Counted from the stretch's first letter, positions 30,201 through 41,763 are shown. The stretch is 64,000 nt of DNA from Azolla caroliniana (GCA_043228905.1 JBHGNT010000002.1:16368001-16432000); one strand, 5' to 3'. Program-made: numbers and translations. The notes: generated by a model from the letters alone, not told the origin.

Positions 30201-30778
30201 ATACGCGATGACGTTCCAAGAATAGTGTTGAAACATGTTTCTGATGTAACTTTGTCCTTAGAACTCTGTTTTTTATGATTTTTGGCTCGTCGTGAAGCTC
30301 GTTTAGAGGGCTTTCCAAGGATTTTTTGGACGTTACGTCACGTTATGGTTACAAGAAGCTACAAGTAAAATTGTCATCGTCTCAAGTTAGTTCTCTCAAT
30401 CTCTATTAGGATGGCTGACACAACAACAGGAAGTGAGTTGATGATTCTTGATGGATGTGGTAGTGATGATGGTTGTGAAAATTACAAAAGGCAAAAGTGT
30501 ATTGATTCTACAGAACATGACAAAACATCATATGCTGCTATTCTTGGTGGGAAAGATGTTATTGGAGATGATTATGATATTGACAATCGTTGTGATTTTG
30601 TTACGGCTTTGCTTTCTGATTTTATGGAAAAAAATGAGAAAGATGCTAAAAATTGTGTGGAGGAGGATGTTGTTGAGGTGGTAGGAATCGATGCACCCAA
30701 TAATGCTAATCAACACATTGAGTTATGGTCTTCAATGTATCCACAACTATTAGTGGGCCGTGTTGGTTTGTTAATGAA
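30201..30778 (+). mobile_element. 5' part (UTR, ORF1 start, internally deleted to EN) of the L1-like LINE at 18891-23004
   Basis: DAKNCVEEDVVEV resembles ORF1 of the first LINE (DAAKECIDEDVHDVEV). DAPNN..IELW..GPCWFV is EN sequence that continues as FNMCVD at ~23000(-). Confidence 0.75.
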
Positions 30779-33453
30779 TCCAAACCGGCCAAGAAGGGCC
30801 TCAAACCGGGTAACGGTGGGTTACGCCGGTCAACCCGTCAGAAGGAACCTGTTAAGCGGTACGGGTACAATGAGTACATGGCGCATCACTATGCGTACAT
30901 GACCAAGGTGGCGGAAGTGCGTGAGCCGGAGAGCTACGCAGAAGCGGCAAGGGACGCAAATTGGCGTGCCGCTATGGAGGAAGAGATGTGGGCACTTGAT
31001 GCCAACGATACATGGGACCTGGTTGACCCTCCCCGTCACTGTAAACCGATCGGATGCAAGTGGGTGTACAAGGTAAAGTACAACGCTGATGGTTCAGTTA
31101 ACCGGTACAAGGCCCGGTTAGTGGCCCACGGAATCGACTATGGCGAGACCTTCGCTCCGGTAGCGAAGATGACGACGGTTCGTGTGGTGCTAGCGGTTGT
31201 TGCGGCAAGGGGGTGGCATCTTCACCAAATGGACGTGAAGAATGCATTTCTTCACAACGATCTTGAAGAAGAGGTCTTTATGACCCAATCCCTTGGTTTC
31301 CAGTCGAGGGTATGCCGGCTGAACAAGTCACTTTATGGCCTAAAGCAAGCCCCCCGAGCTTGGAATGCGAAGATCACGCACCGGTTGCATAAGATGGGGT
31401 TTTCAGCCTCCAAGTCTAACTCTTCGTTGTTCATCCCGCAAGGTTCGGACGGTCCGGTATGCATCTTGTTGTATGTTGATGATCTAGTCATCACCGAACC
31501 CAGACTCGATGAAATCAGCCGAGTTAAGTCCCAGTTGTCAGACGCATTTGAGATGAAGGACCTGGGGGACCTTCACTACTTCCTTGGGATCGAGGTGATC
31601 CGAACCCCCGATGGCATATTGCTCACTCAGAGACACTACGTGTTGAATATGTTGTACAAGTTCGGCATGACAGAATGCCGCCCTATTTCAACACCCCTGG
31701 ACCGGAACCACAAGCTCTATCCCAACTCTAGACTGGCCTACGATAAGAAACGGTTCCGACAAATTGTCGGAAGCCTTATATATTTGACCATCACCCAACC
31801 CGACATCAGCTATCCGGTCGGTGTGATTAGCCAATTCATGCAGAAGCCGACCGTAGAGCATCTTCAGTGCGCGCACCGAATACTGCGGTATGTGAGCGGC
31901 ACGAAGGACCGAGGACTATTATACCAACGAGGTATGACCAAAGAGCTAGTCGGTTACACGAATGCCGATTGGGCCAGCGATGCATCAGATCGTCGTTCAA
32001 CTTCCGGCTATATGTTTTCCCTTGGTAGTGCGGTTGTTGCGTGGAGCAGCAAAAAGCAGCCAACATTGGCTCTGTCGAGCACTGAGGCTGAATACCGGGC
32101 CGCTACCGTTGCCACCTGTGAAGTCATTTGGCTTAGGCGACTACTGCAAGACCTGCGAATCAAGGTGCCGACCCCGATCCTAATCTACTGCAACAACATA
32201 ACCAGCATGCAGCTCGCCAAGAACCCCGTATTCCATGCTCGCACAAAGCACATCGAAGTGCACTACCACTTCGTGCGTGAGCGTGTCCTGAGCGGTGAAG
32301 TCGAACTTCGGTATGTTCATACGGATCGGCAAGTTGCCAACATCTTCACCAAACCGCTCGGATCGGACAAGTTGCAGCACTTCACCAAAATTCTTGGTGT
32401 TCAACATCTCGACGTGCCACACTTGAGGGGGAGAATGGGCAAAGACACCACCGGAACGGGCAAAGGCAAAGAGATTGTCGATTGCGCCGGTGAGGGAAGA
32501 ACCGACAAGGGGAGAGACAGTAAGAAGAAAGGAATCGAGTCGACAAAGGAAGTTGACACATCCAAACAAGTCGGAACAAGTGGCAGCGGAGGCAGAGTCA
32601 AGAAGGACAGAGCCGACCAGAAGAAGAAGGCCAAGACTCGGACATGGTCTGATGTGGTGAAGAGCCTGGAACCGGAAGACGAATTGGAGACAGCCGATTC
32701 GGTTCTACAGAAGGATTCGGAAGAACCGGATCAATTCAAGGCCAAGAGGACGAGAAGGCAGCAAAAGTCGACGCCAACACGAAGGGATCGGCGAATCAGC
32801 AAAAGCCGAAGTCACAACAACGAGGGAGCTGAATTGGGCCTATTGAGCAAACAAGCTGACCAAGAAAGTCGAGGTGCGCAGGAACATAAGGGTCGCTGCA
32901 AACAGGATCGGACCGGACGAGGAGTGCGAGCAAGGCGAAGTGACGCCAGAAGGAGCCAGGTGGAAGGATCGGCCGCCATAGAGACTGACACTATGATCTG
33001 ACCTCAAATTGAGCTTGAGGGGGAGTGTTGAGCGGCAAGCTCAACTGGATCTGGATCGGCTGAATAAGCATGAACCGGATTGGCATCCGGAAGGATGAGC
33101 CGGATCGGTGACCCGGTGAGCAAGTGAGTCGGTGAGCTGGGGAGCCGGTTAGCTGGATCCATCAATAACCGGAAGCCTAGTAGCAACTAGACTACTAGGG
33201 AGTTAATAGTCTCGTAGTCAGTGCCAGACGCTCGAGTGAGCATTGAAGTACGAGGTACTTCTGTCGGTCCTCTCAGGACTTGTATAAATAGTGTTGTTGA
33301 GCTCGCTTCATGTACAGAGAACTATTATTGTTTCGTAATAGAATTAAGTTGTTCTGCTCTTTCTCTGTCTCTCCCGCGTACTGTAAAGCTTTCCATTAAA
33401 CCTGCGTGTTTTCTGTGTTCGTTTTCTATTGCTTCCGCACATAATCTTTTTCA
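30779..33453 (+). mobile_element. Ty1/copia element B1, 3' half (RT, RNase H, charged C-terminal extension, PPT, 3' LTR 33026-33453)
   Basis: KWVYKVK, QMDVKNAFLH, LLYVDDL, ADWA, ALSSTEAEY, RTKHIEV; PPT GAGGGGGAG; TSD CAAAT (33452-33456) equals the reverse complement of ATTTG (26126-26130). Confidence 0.93.
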
Positions 33454-34880
33454 AATCAATTTTCTCCACCGCGTGTGACTTTAATTCAAGTTGGGGGTCT
33501 ACCTTACATTTCTTTTGTCTTTGACGCTTGACCTCCTTATTCTCCCACATCGAAAAAATGTGGTCTTGTAGGTCCCACACTTCTCCATCTCTAAAGGCAA
33601 GTTGAAACCATGACTCATATTTACAAAGAACATCTGACTTAACATTATCATCCACCACAATGCCAACCTCATGAAGGCATTGACGTCGTAAGCCAGGGTG
33701 TAGCTTTACACCGAACTTTTGTTTGACGTCCAGGTATTCATGGTGGAAGAACCTTATCCGTTCGATGGATGACATTTTCTGCCTATAGTTGTTGTCATTG
33801 TTGTGGTCCCATGCCAAGAGCTTTGCCTCTTTAATTGTGAGGCCCACGTATATTTTGCACTCGGCATATTTGAAGAAGAAAGTGGTTGGGTGCTCTCTAA
33901 CAAGTTGCCAACGTGCTTCAGTCGAAAGTGATCCACCAATTACAAAGTAATTGTATTGATCAATTGTGGAACATCCTTCGGGATCCACCATTACAATAAA
34001 AGGCACAACTGTAGCATGTGGATTTATTTTCATTTTTTTCTTGAGATTTTGAACATGCATTCGGTGAGGCTCTCTGATCTCAAGTGGTCTTCGTCCTGTT
34101 TTCACATCTATTAGTGGCCTATGAATGTGTGTTATAGGCAAATTGAAGACTTGCCCTTTTCTCACTAGTTTCCGTTGCATTAACTCTCTACAAATCTTAT
34201 CCTAGTCAGATGACAAGACACCGGATGCTAGCTCAGCACCTGGCGTCGCCCTAGTTTCCTCATCTTCAATTGAGCTTGATGATTCAAAGCCTGACATTTT
34301 TGTCATCTTCTTTTTTTCCGGTCTCGATTGCACCTTTGAGGCCTTTTTTGGGGCCTTTACCGGGGATTGTGAGGCATCCCTTAGAGTTATGTGGCCTTGT
34401 ATATATAGTCTCAAGGTTACAATTAGATTTTGTGAACTCTCAAGATCGAGTTTAAAAGATTCAGGCCCACAACACTTCTTGACAAGCCAATCTTCCGAGA
34501 GGTACACTTTACGTACTCCCTTAGAGCAGTCTATCATGACAAGAATGTTGATGGAATCAGAATCTTCATAGTCAAATCGTAAAATACGGCCATACATAAA
34601 AGGAGTGTCTTTTTCAAGGAGATTGTCGCCCTTCTTCTTTGTAGTATACAACATGACTTTCTTCTTCGAATCGACGTACTACATACACCATTTGTTGTCA
34701 GTTAGGTCACAGTCAGGAAGGTCCTCACCACCAGGAGCTGCTAACATCTTTTTCTGGCAAACTTCATCAGATGGTTGAGATTTAGTCTCCGCATTGAAGA
34801 GACGCTTCTTTCCTCTCTTCACGTTCTAGGTAACTACTTGTTTTTGGGTCTCTACTGGAGAGCCCTGATATCGGAGCTTG
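33452..34880 (-). pseudogene. N-terminal part of the transposon cargo gene: unknown N-terminal domain plus ParB/Sulfiredoxin-like domain; continues in frame into the MTase at 26126
   Basis: FNLPITHIHRP..REPHRMHVQNLKKKM..VPFIVMV..YFVIGGSLSTEAR..AKLLAWDHN resembles the ParB/Srx core (Y-x-I-I-x-G-x-H-R-x-x-A). The frame runs through in-frame TAG stops up to ~34880. Confidence 0.7.
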
Positions 34881-35299
34881 ATTTTCTTAACAAAATTACC
34901 AGATTTAGGCTACCTAGCAAAATTACCATAGGAAGACTAAGACTAACACTGGCAGTGACTTGTGTCAGTCCCTTTATTTCAATTAATGTTAGAGGTAAAA
35001 ATCATAGTCCTTTATTGTAGATGTAAATTTGTTACAACCTGTTTAACTCGGAAAACTATAATTCTAAAGAATTTTTCTAGGACATATTTCATATCCGACC
35101 GTAGGTAAGGTCACATTGATATCATAACCCTAATTTGTGTGATATTTTCTAGTGTTTTAATCAACTTTACATCAAGTTCCCTATTTCAGCAATGGTGCTA
35201 AATGTTACAAAATCAAGCAATTTTTAAAATAAAAAACTTAATTTGCCATCTAAATTGGTGTCTGGACACACATATGCCAATAATTTTTCGAAAACACAC

Positions 35300-35740
35300 T
35301 ATTTTGATATGGCGTATCGAGTTTCTGTTTAAAGTAGGGGTTTTTTAATACTCAATACGCCGTATCGAGTTCTTGTTTAAAAGTCTCTATTATCAACATG
35401 ACCTTGATACAATGTATCGAGTTCTTGATCCGAGGGAGTCTTTTAAAGTAGGGGTTTTCAACAGCGTATCGAGTTCCTTTTTAAAGAAGGGGTTTTCAAC
35501 AGGAACTCGATACGTCGTATCGAGTTCCTGTTGAAAACCCCTACTTTAAACAGGAACTCGATATGTCGTATCGAGTTCTAGAGTAAAGTGTGTGTTTGCA
35601 ACACGAACTCGATACGTTGTATCGAGTTCCTGTTTAAAAGACTCCCTCGGATCAAGAACTCGATATATCGTATCGAGGTCCTGTTGATAATAGAGGCTTT
35701 TAAATAGGAACTCGATACGTCGTATCGAGTTCCTGTTTGA
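35300..35740. repeat. Array of ~9 palindromic units (consensus AACAGGAACTCGATACG-T-CGTATCGAGTTCCTGTT) with short spacers; the array is itself an inverted repeat
   Basis: Directly visible; the arms at ~35367-35447 and ~35633-35712 are reverse complements. Confidence 0.9.
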
Positions 35741-36094
35741 ATCAGAGTTATGATGTCTATATAGATGGCTGAAAAATTAATAAATATAAGAGGGTCCGTA
35801 CAATGGTGTTGCTTACCTGGAATCTGTGTGGTCAAGCTTCTTCAAAGACATGATTTTTGGGTTGGGTGCTGACAGTGAGATCGACGATTGTTGTTGCATT
35901 TGTGTAGCTTTGCGTGCTCTGGGCTCCATGTGCTCTTAGTGCTCGTGTAACGCGTGTGAGATCTACAAATGAGGAGGTCTTCCTATTTATAGGGCTTGAC
36001 TACTATGGTTAAAGAAACTATGGTAAGTCTAACCATAGTTGGTTACCTACAAGTTAGTTAGTTAGACCTAAAAGACTTTAGTACACTTTGTTAA

Positions 36095-36355
36095 ATACTC
36101 AAACCAACATATTTATGATTCTCTTATGTTTTTGATTGAATGTGATGATCATGAATAAAAAAATGATTGAATAGTCTAATCAGCATATTTATCACTCTCT
36201 AATGTTCATTGTTAAATATGATTATCATGAATGAACCAATGATTGAATACTCAAACCAACATATTTATGACTCTCTAATGTTTCTTATTAAATATGATGG
36301 CCATGAATGAACCAATGATTTAAAATTTAAACCAACATTTATATGACTCTCTAAT
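36095..36355. repeat. Degenerate ~75-bp tandem repeat (about 3.5 copies) upstream of the transposase
   Basis: Recurring CAAACCAACATATTTATGACTCTCTAATG...ATGAACCAATGATTGAATA. Confidence 0.75.
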
Positions 36356-36718
36356 TATTGTAAATATATACTATATGTATATAAAAATTGAATGTATATA
36401 TACTATATGTATACTATGTACTTAATGTTTTTTATTTAATACACATTATGGGAGTACCAAGTTGATTTACACGTGGGGAATAACAATTTTAAATTATTGT
36501 TACTTCATTATAGGATTAATAAGGTATAAAATATAATTTATGAACATTATACTGACTAGTGTATATATTTATTAATATAATTAATAAAATTATTACATAA
36601 ATAAAAATATCTTTCTTTATTGAGGGAGCATACGTTTATAGAGGGGCTTATCATTTGTTTCAATCTCTTATATTAGCCTAAGCACATAACTTGGATAGCT
36701 CTGTGTTGACCTTAAGCC

Positions 36719-39497
36719 ATGAGTGAAGACTCACCGTTTTCGATTGAAGAATATTGGTTGTCATCAAACTCATCGTTTTCGACGAAAGAGTATTATCTGT
36801 CGACAGACTCGTTGTTTTCTATCGAAGAATATTGTATGTCGACAGACTCACCATTTTCCATTGAAGAATATTGTTTGAGCTCATCTTCTCCTAAAACTCA
36901 TGTGAATAATGACTCATATGAAGAGTTCTCTATTGAAGAATCGATATTAATTAAGATACGGACAATGAAGGTAATGCCAATGAAACATCGAAGATCATGG
37001 GCAAGCAACCTAACAACAAAGAAATTGATTGTAACGTGGTTACCCCAATTTCTAGGCAAGAAGAGAAATCGGGAAGCCCCATGCATATTAGAAGAATCCC
37101 ACGTAGAATTCGTTTGGCCAGATTTAACTTGGTGACATCAAATAAGCAACTTGGATTTGATGTCAACAAAACATGTTGTGGTCGTGGTTGTATGTCAATG
37201 ATTGGAAAATCAAAGTTGAGAGAATTAAGGCGTTATTATTTTTCGATGATTGGTGATGACCAAGACACTTACCTCAGCTCACATATGCAACTAGTGTTTG
37301 ACAAATCTTCGGGGATCAAAGTATCATTCGAGTATTATATCTTCCATGCGCAACAGATACATAGAGTTGCATTCAAATTTGCACTATGTGTTAGTAACAT
37401 GCAGCAACATAGAGTGCAACAACGTCTTCTTAGCGGGGATCAGATGCTGAATTGTAAAGAGGTTCCAAGTATGAAAGGTGCAATTGGAAGACATGTTATT
37501 GGTTGGATGAAAAGTTGCTTTCAGTTAAATTGTGAAGTAATGCCCACTACAAGTAGGATGCGCCTCTCTAGTAATTACACACGTCAGGAAGTTTATGATG
37601 TCTATCGATCAAATATGGTGGACTCAAGTAATAAATATGTCACATACAACCAATTCACAAGATTGTAGAGAGCATGGTTTTCAAATGTTATTATTCTACA
37701 TAAAGTACGCATGGGGTATTGCTCAATTTGTGCAAATCTTAAAAGTTTGGCTAAAGGTGCAAAGACATCAATGGAAAAGGATATGAGTAAGAAGTTACTA
37801 CAGGAGCATCGTGAGGCACAATCGTTAGAACGAAAGAAGGCGATGCATCATAGAGAGAAGTGTTTGAAGAGGCCCGAACAATACATGTGCTTAATGATCG
37901 ATGACATGGACCAAAAGAAGACGTGCTTGCCGCATATGCGGAGGCTCCCCAAAGATGAGTGCCTTGTTCAAATGCACTTGGTGGGATGCTTGGCTTATTA
38001 TAAGTCAGTTGGACCTCACGTCTTTATTACATACCCCAATGTTCACAATGACCCTAACCTAACAGTTACAGTGATTCACCGAGTTTTGATGTCTTGGGGC
38101 CAACCTTTCCCCCTTGTTCTATACATTCAATTGGACAATACTGCTAAAGAGAACAAAAATTCAACTGTGTTTGGCTATCTAAGTATGTTGGTCAACCAAG
38201 GATTGTTTAGAAAAGTGAAAGTTAATTTTCTTTTGGTTGGGCACACACATGATCATATAGATAAGATGTTTAGCACATTCTCTAGGCAGTTGTCTCGGCA
38301 TGATGCTTTCACATTACCAAAACTATTTGATGTCATTTGTGATGCATATACACCATGCCCAAAAGTGTTACACTTGAAGGAGATATATGACTTTAAGATA
38401 TATATATACCATATGGGGGTGTTGGGAATGTTAAAGTGCTCGCCCAATTAAACAATATAAGCTTCAATCACATTTTTATGATAAAGAAAAACGAAATAAG
38501 TGGTTCTACGCTTTTGTATGCCAAACAATATTCAACTTCTACAAAAAGGGAACTTGAAGGTGGTTGCCAATTCTTACTTTGTATGCCGAGTACAATAGTC
38601 CATGGAGCTAAACATGCCAATTGAGAAGAAAGGACAGTAGCATATTGACTTGGTATCGGAACAAAAACACTTATGGCTCCAAGCCTTAACAGATAAAAGA
38701 AAGCATATTGAGGCCGCAAAGAAATATGCCGCACAACAAGACACGTCATGGTCGGATGTATTTTTTAGTGATCAAAAAGGAATTATTGACAATTGTGTAT
38801 CTAGTGATAATGGACCTTGGAAACGCCATTCACATGGTCGCTACAACATGATCTTGTAAATAATACTCCGGAACAACCGGCAAATGCGATTAATGACAAT
38901 TTGGTCCATCCACAACAAAGAGACATTTATGTGGGACCAAGGATCACCAAAGCAGCTGAAGTTAGATGGCAAGGCAATTTGCAAGAGCTCACGGCGGGGA
39001 TGTTGATTGCAACACCTGCTGATGACAACTCACATGGCCACCAATTTTGGATTGGTAAAATTTTAGAAGTGCTAATGCATGAAAAAGAAAACATGATCAA
39101 GTCTATCAAAGTGCATTGGTACAACACTAGAAGTGAAAATGCTTTTATGGGTAAGTATACATTGGAGATGATTGAATGCCCAACGACAAGGGGAGGTAGG
39201 AAGAGGAAGCGAAACATTTGTAACACCTCGACCCTTGATATCTCTGATGTGGATATCATCGTGTATGACTTCACGCTTACAAAAGTTAGATGTTTAAGGA
39301 AGTCAGCAATAGATATAATAAAAGAAAAATTACCAGGTCTACAAGGTGGCTTGAGTCGAAGGCAAACGAGATTTGCTGCATATAATCTAGAATCACACCA
39401 TTTAGTTTATGATGAAGATAATGCATTGATTGGTACATCCAAGGATGACAAGGAAGAATCCTCATTGTATATTAGTTATAGTAGTGATTCTCCATAA
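36719..39497 (+). pseudogene. DDD/E transposase, Sola-like, frameshifted
   Basis: N-terminal SPFSIEEY repeats, CCGRGC, CSIC, then LMIDDMDQKKTCLP / YIQLDNTAKENKN / NFLLVGHTHDHIDKMFS (putative catalytic D-D-D). Lies between TIRs with a 4-bp TSD. The superfamily assignment is from recalled motifs. Confidence 0.8.
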
Positions 39498-39867
39498 AGG
39501 AGTGATCATGAATGTATTTTTGGCTATTAAGTGTAACTAACTTCCATTTGTAACAAATCGAGTGATATAAAAGCATGTGTTTTGAATTCATTTGATTCCT
39601 ATGAATATCGCTTCTTATAAAAAACATTGGTTGTAAAGTTTGTGAAATAAATTAAACCACCCTAAACGTTTTGAAATTCCTCTTTTTTTATTTATTTTAA
39701 AATCACGAAAATGGTGGATTTTCAACCTTTTTCATAGTATATTTGAGAATGTATGATATTGGTATCAATGTGTTTTGTAATATCACTGAAAAGTACTAAA
39801 ATCAAACGGAATATTCCTTATCCTTCCATTTATGCGCGATCCTTCCACTTGTGAACGCGAACGTGTT

Positions 39868-40058
39868 AAAACCATATTCTTTGCGGAACAGGGAAATCGT
39901 ACACATCGATACATGTTAGAGCCCATACCGTCATCTATCATTCAAACCATTGCTTCCATGCGACTTAGCTCACATGCATTGCGATGTGAGACAAGGCAGT
40001 GGGGCACAAGTGATGAGAGTGGTCGGTATGCACACTTTGCCCTAAACAAGTTCGCGAG
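39868..40058 (+). mobile_element. RTE-like LINE fragment (continuation of 29549-29970)
   Basis: GNRTHRYMLEPIP..MRLSSHALRCE; collinear with 7430-7620. Confidence 0.88.
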
Positions 40059-41763
40059 TGTTGAGAGACAAGCTCAACATTCGGTGTGTAATCGAGTGCG
40101 TAAAATAGTTACGCACAACATGGCCGTAACGGTGCAGACACCAAGAGGCCGTAAGTATGGTATTCCTCGTAAGGAATAATTTTAGGGAGTTAGTGTAGTA
40201 GGCTCATTTATGAGCAGTCAAGTATTGTCAATACTTGTGTCAGCCCGATTTAAGGGCATGTATAAGAAGTGCTCACTGAGCACGAAATATGTATAGAGTG
40301 TTATTATTTTTGAAATAGAACTGAGTTGTCTGCTCTCTCTCTCTCTCTGTCTCTCCCTCTCCATCTCTGCGTTTTCTATGTTTTACCAAACTGTGTACTC
40401 TGTGTTTCGCATACGCTTCCGCACACATATTCTTTTATATGGTATCAGAGCACAAGGGTTGAAGTCCTCTGTAGCCGACAGAAAAGCTTGCGACTGAGAC
40501 ATAGTTGAGTTGTTATTCTTGGTTTTCGGAAAAGATAAGACAGCAACATGGACAGAGGAATGGGAAGCTCGCTACCGACTGAGAAGCTTGAGAGGAGCAA
40601 CTACGCATCTTGGTCGTACAAGATGCACCAGTACCTGCTTGTTCATGGCTACTGGAGTTATGTCGAAGGAGATAATGATACATAACCCGAATCGACACAC
40701 AGGGATTTTTCGGCTTGGGAACAGGCGGCAAACAGAGTTCGGGATGCCAAGACGCCAAAGGACGCATGGGCGAATCTCAAGAAGATTTTCGCCGCCAGCA
40801 CCACAGCCAAGAAGCTTCAACTCAGGCAGGAGTTGAGCAATGTTCGACAACGAGATATGTCGGTGGCTGATTACCCCTCCAAGATCAAAGAAATATGTGA
40901 CTCTCTCGCCTCGGTCAACGTGAACGTCGAGGAAGATGAAATGGTGCAGTATTGGTGGGTTAGCGTCAAAGTTCGGAGCATTCCGAACTGCGGTCTATAC
41001 GAGGGAGAATACGCCTTCGTTCTTCGAGCTTCAGTCAATGTTGCTTGTGGAAGAAAATCACGTGGCTGCGTCAACGAGTACGCACGTCGACGGCAAGATG
41101 TTGTACACGGAAGGAGATAGGCCCCTTGGTCATGGCGGACGAGGCGGATCGGTGCATAATGGAGGCGGCCGAAAAGAGCAAAATGGACAGAAGGCCGCGA
41201 CAGAATGTTGGTACTGTGGCAAGAAAGGCCACAAGGAGAGTGAGTGCTGGAAAAAGAAAGCCAATTCGGACAAAGCCGGATCGAGCGGAAGAGACGCAGG
41301 AAGGCGTCAAAAGTCGCACTACCTTGAGGACTCCGAACGAGCTGGAAATGGATCGGGCCCTACCTTCATAATGAAGCACAAGGCCAATTCAATGGTCGTG
41401 AACACCTCGAAATCGAGTGAGGTGTGGTATGTTGATTTCGAAGCATCAAATCATATGATGAGTTGCAAGGAATGGTTCTCATACTTGGAGAAGCCGGAAA
41501 AGCAAGGGATAGTTGAAACAGGATACCATCAAACATGTCGGTGAAGTTCCCCTCAGCCATGTAGGGCAGAAAGGGAAACTCTTGAACGTGCTACACATCT
41601 CGACAATAACAAAGAACCTGGTGTCAGTCGGTCAGATCGTCAACCAAGGGATGCAGGTTCGATTCACGCATCAAGGGTGCTTCATAGAAGAGGAGGGATA
41701 AGTAATCGCGCAAGGGCACCGTGAAGGGAAGATGTTTATCCTCGAAACCAACAATGTGGGCAT

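Larger units (their letters stand above)
33457..39867. mobile_element. Right arm of the TIR DNA transposon; TIR ~39833-39867, TSD AAAA 39868-39871
   Basis: TIR match to 29514-29548; contains the transposase; the RTE host resumes as AAAACCATATTC exactly as in the uninterrupted copy near 7430. Confidence 0.88.

Noticed and set aside
32400-33001. env-like gene in copia B
   Set aside because: Hydrophilic, with no transmembrane segment, and in frame with pol rather than a separate ORF.
35300-35740. CRISPR array (palindromic repeats plus spacers)
   Set aside because: Spacers are short, reused and mirrored; there are no cas genes; the context is eukaryotic. Kept as a palindrome array instead.
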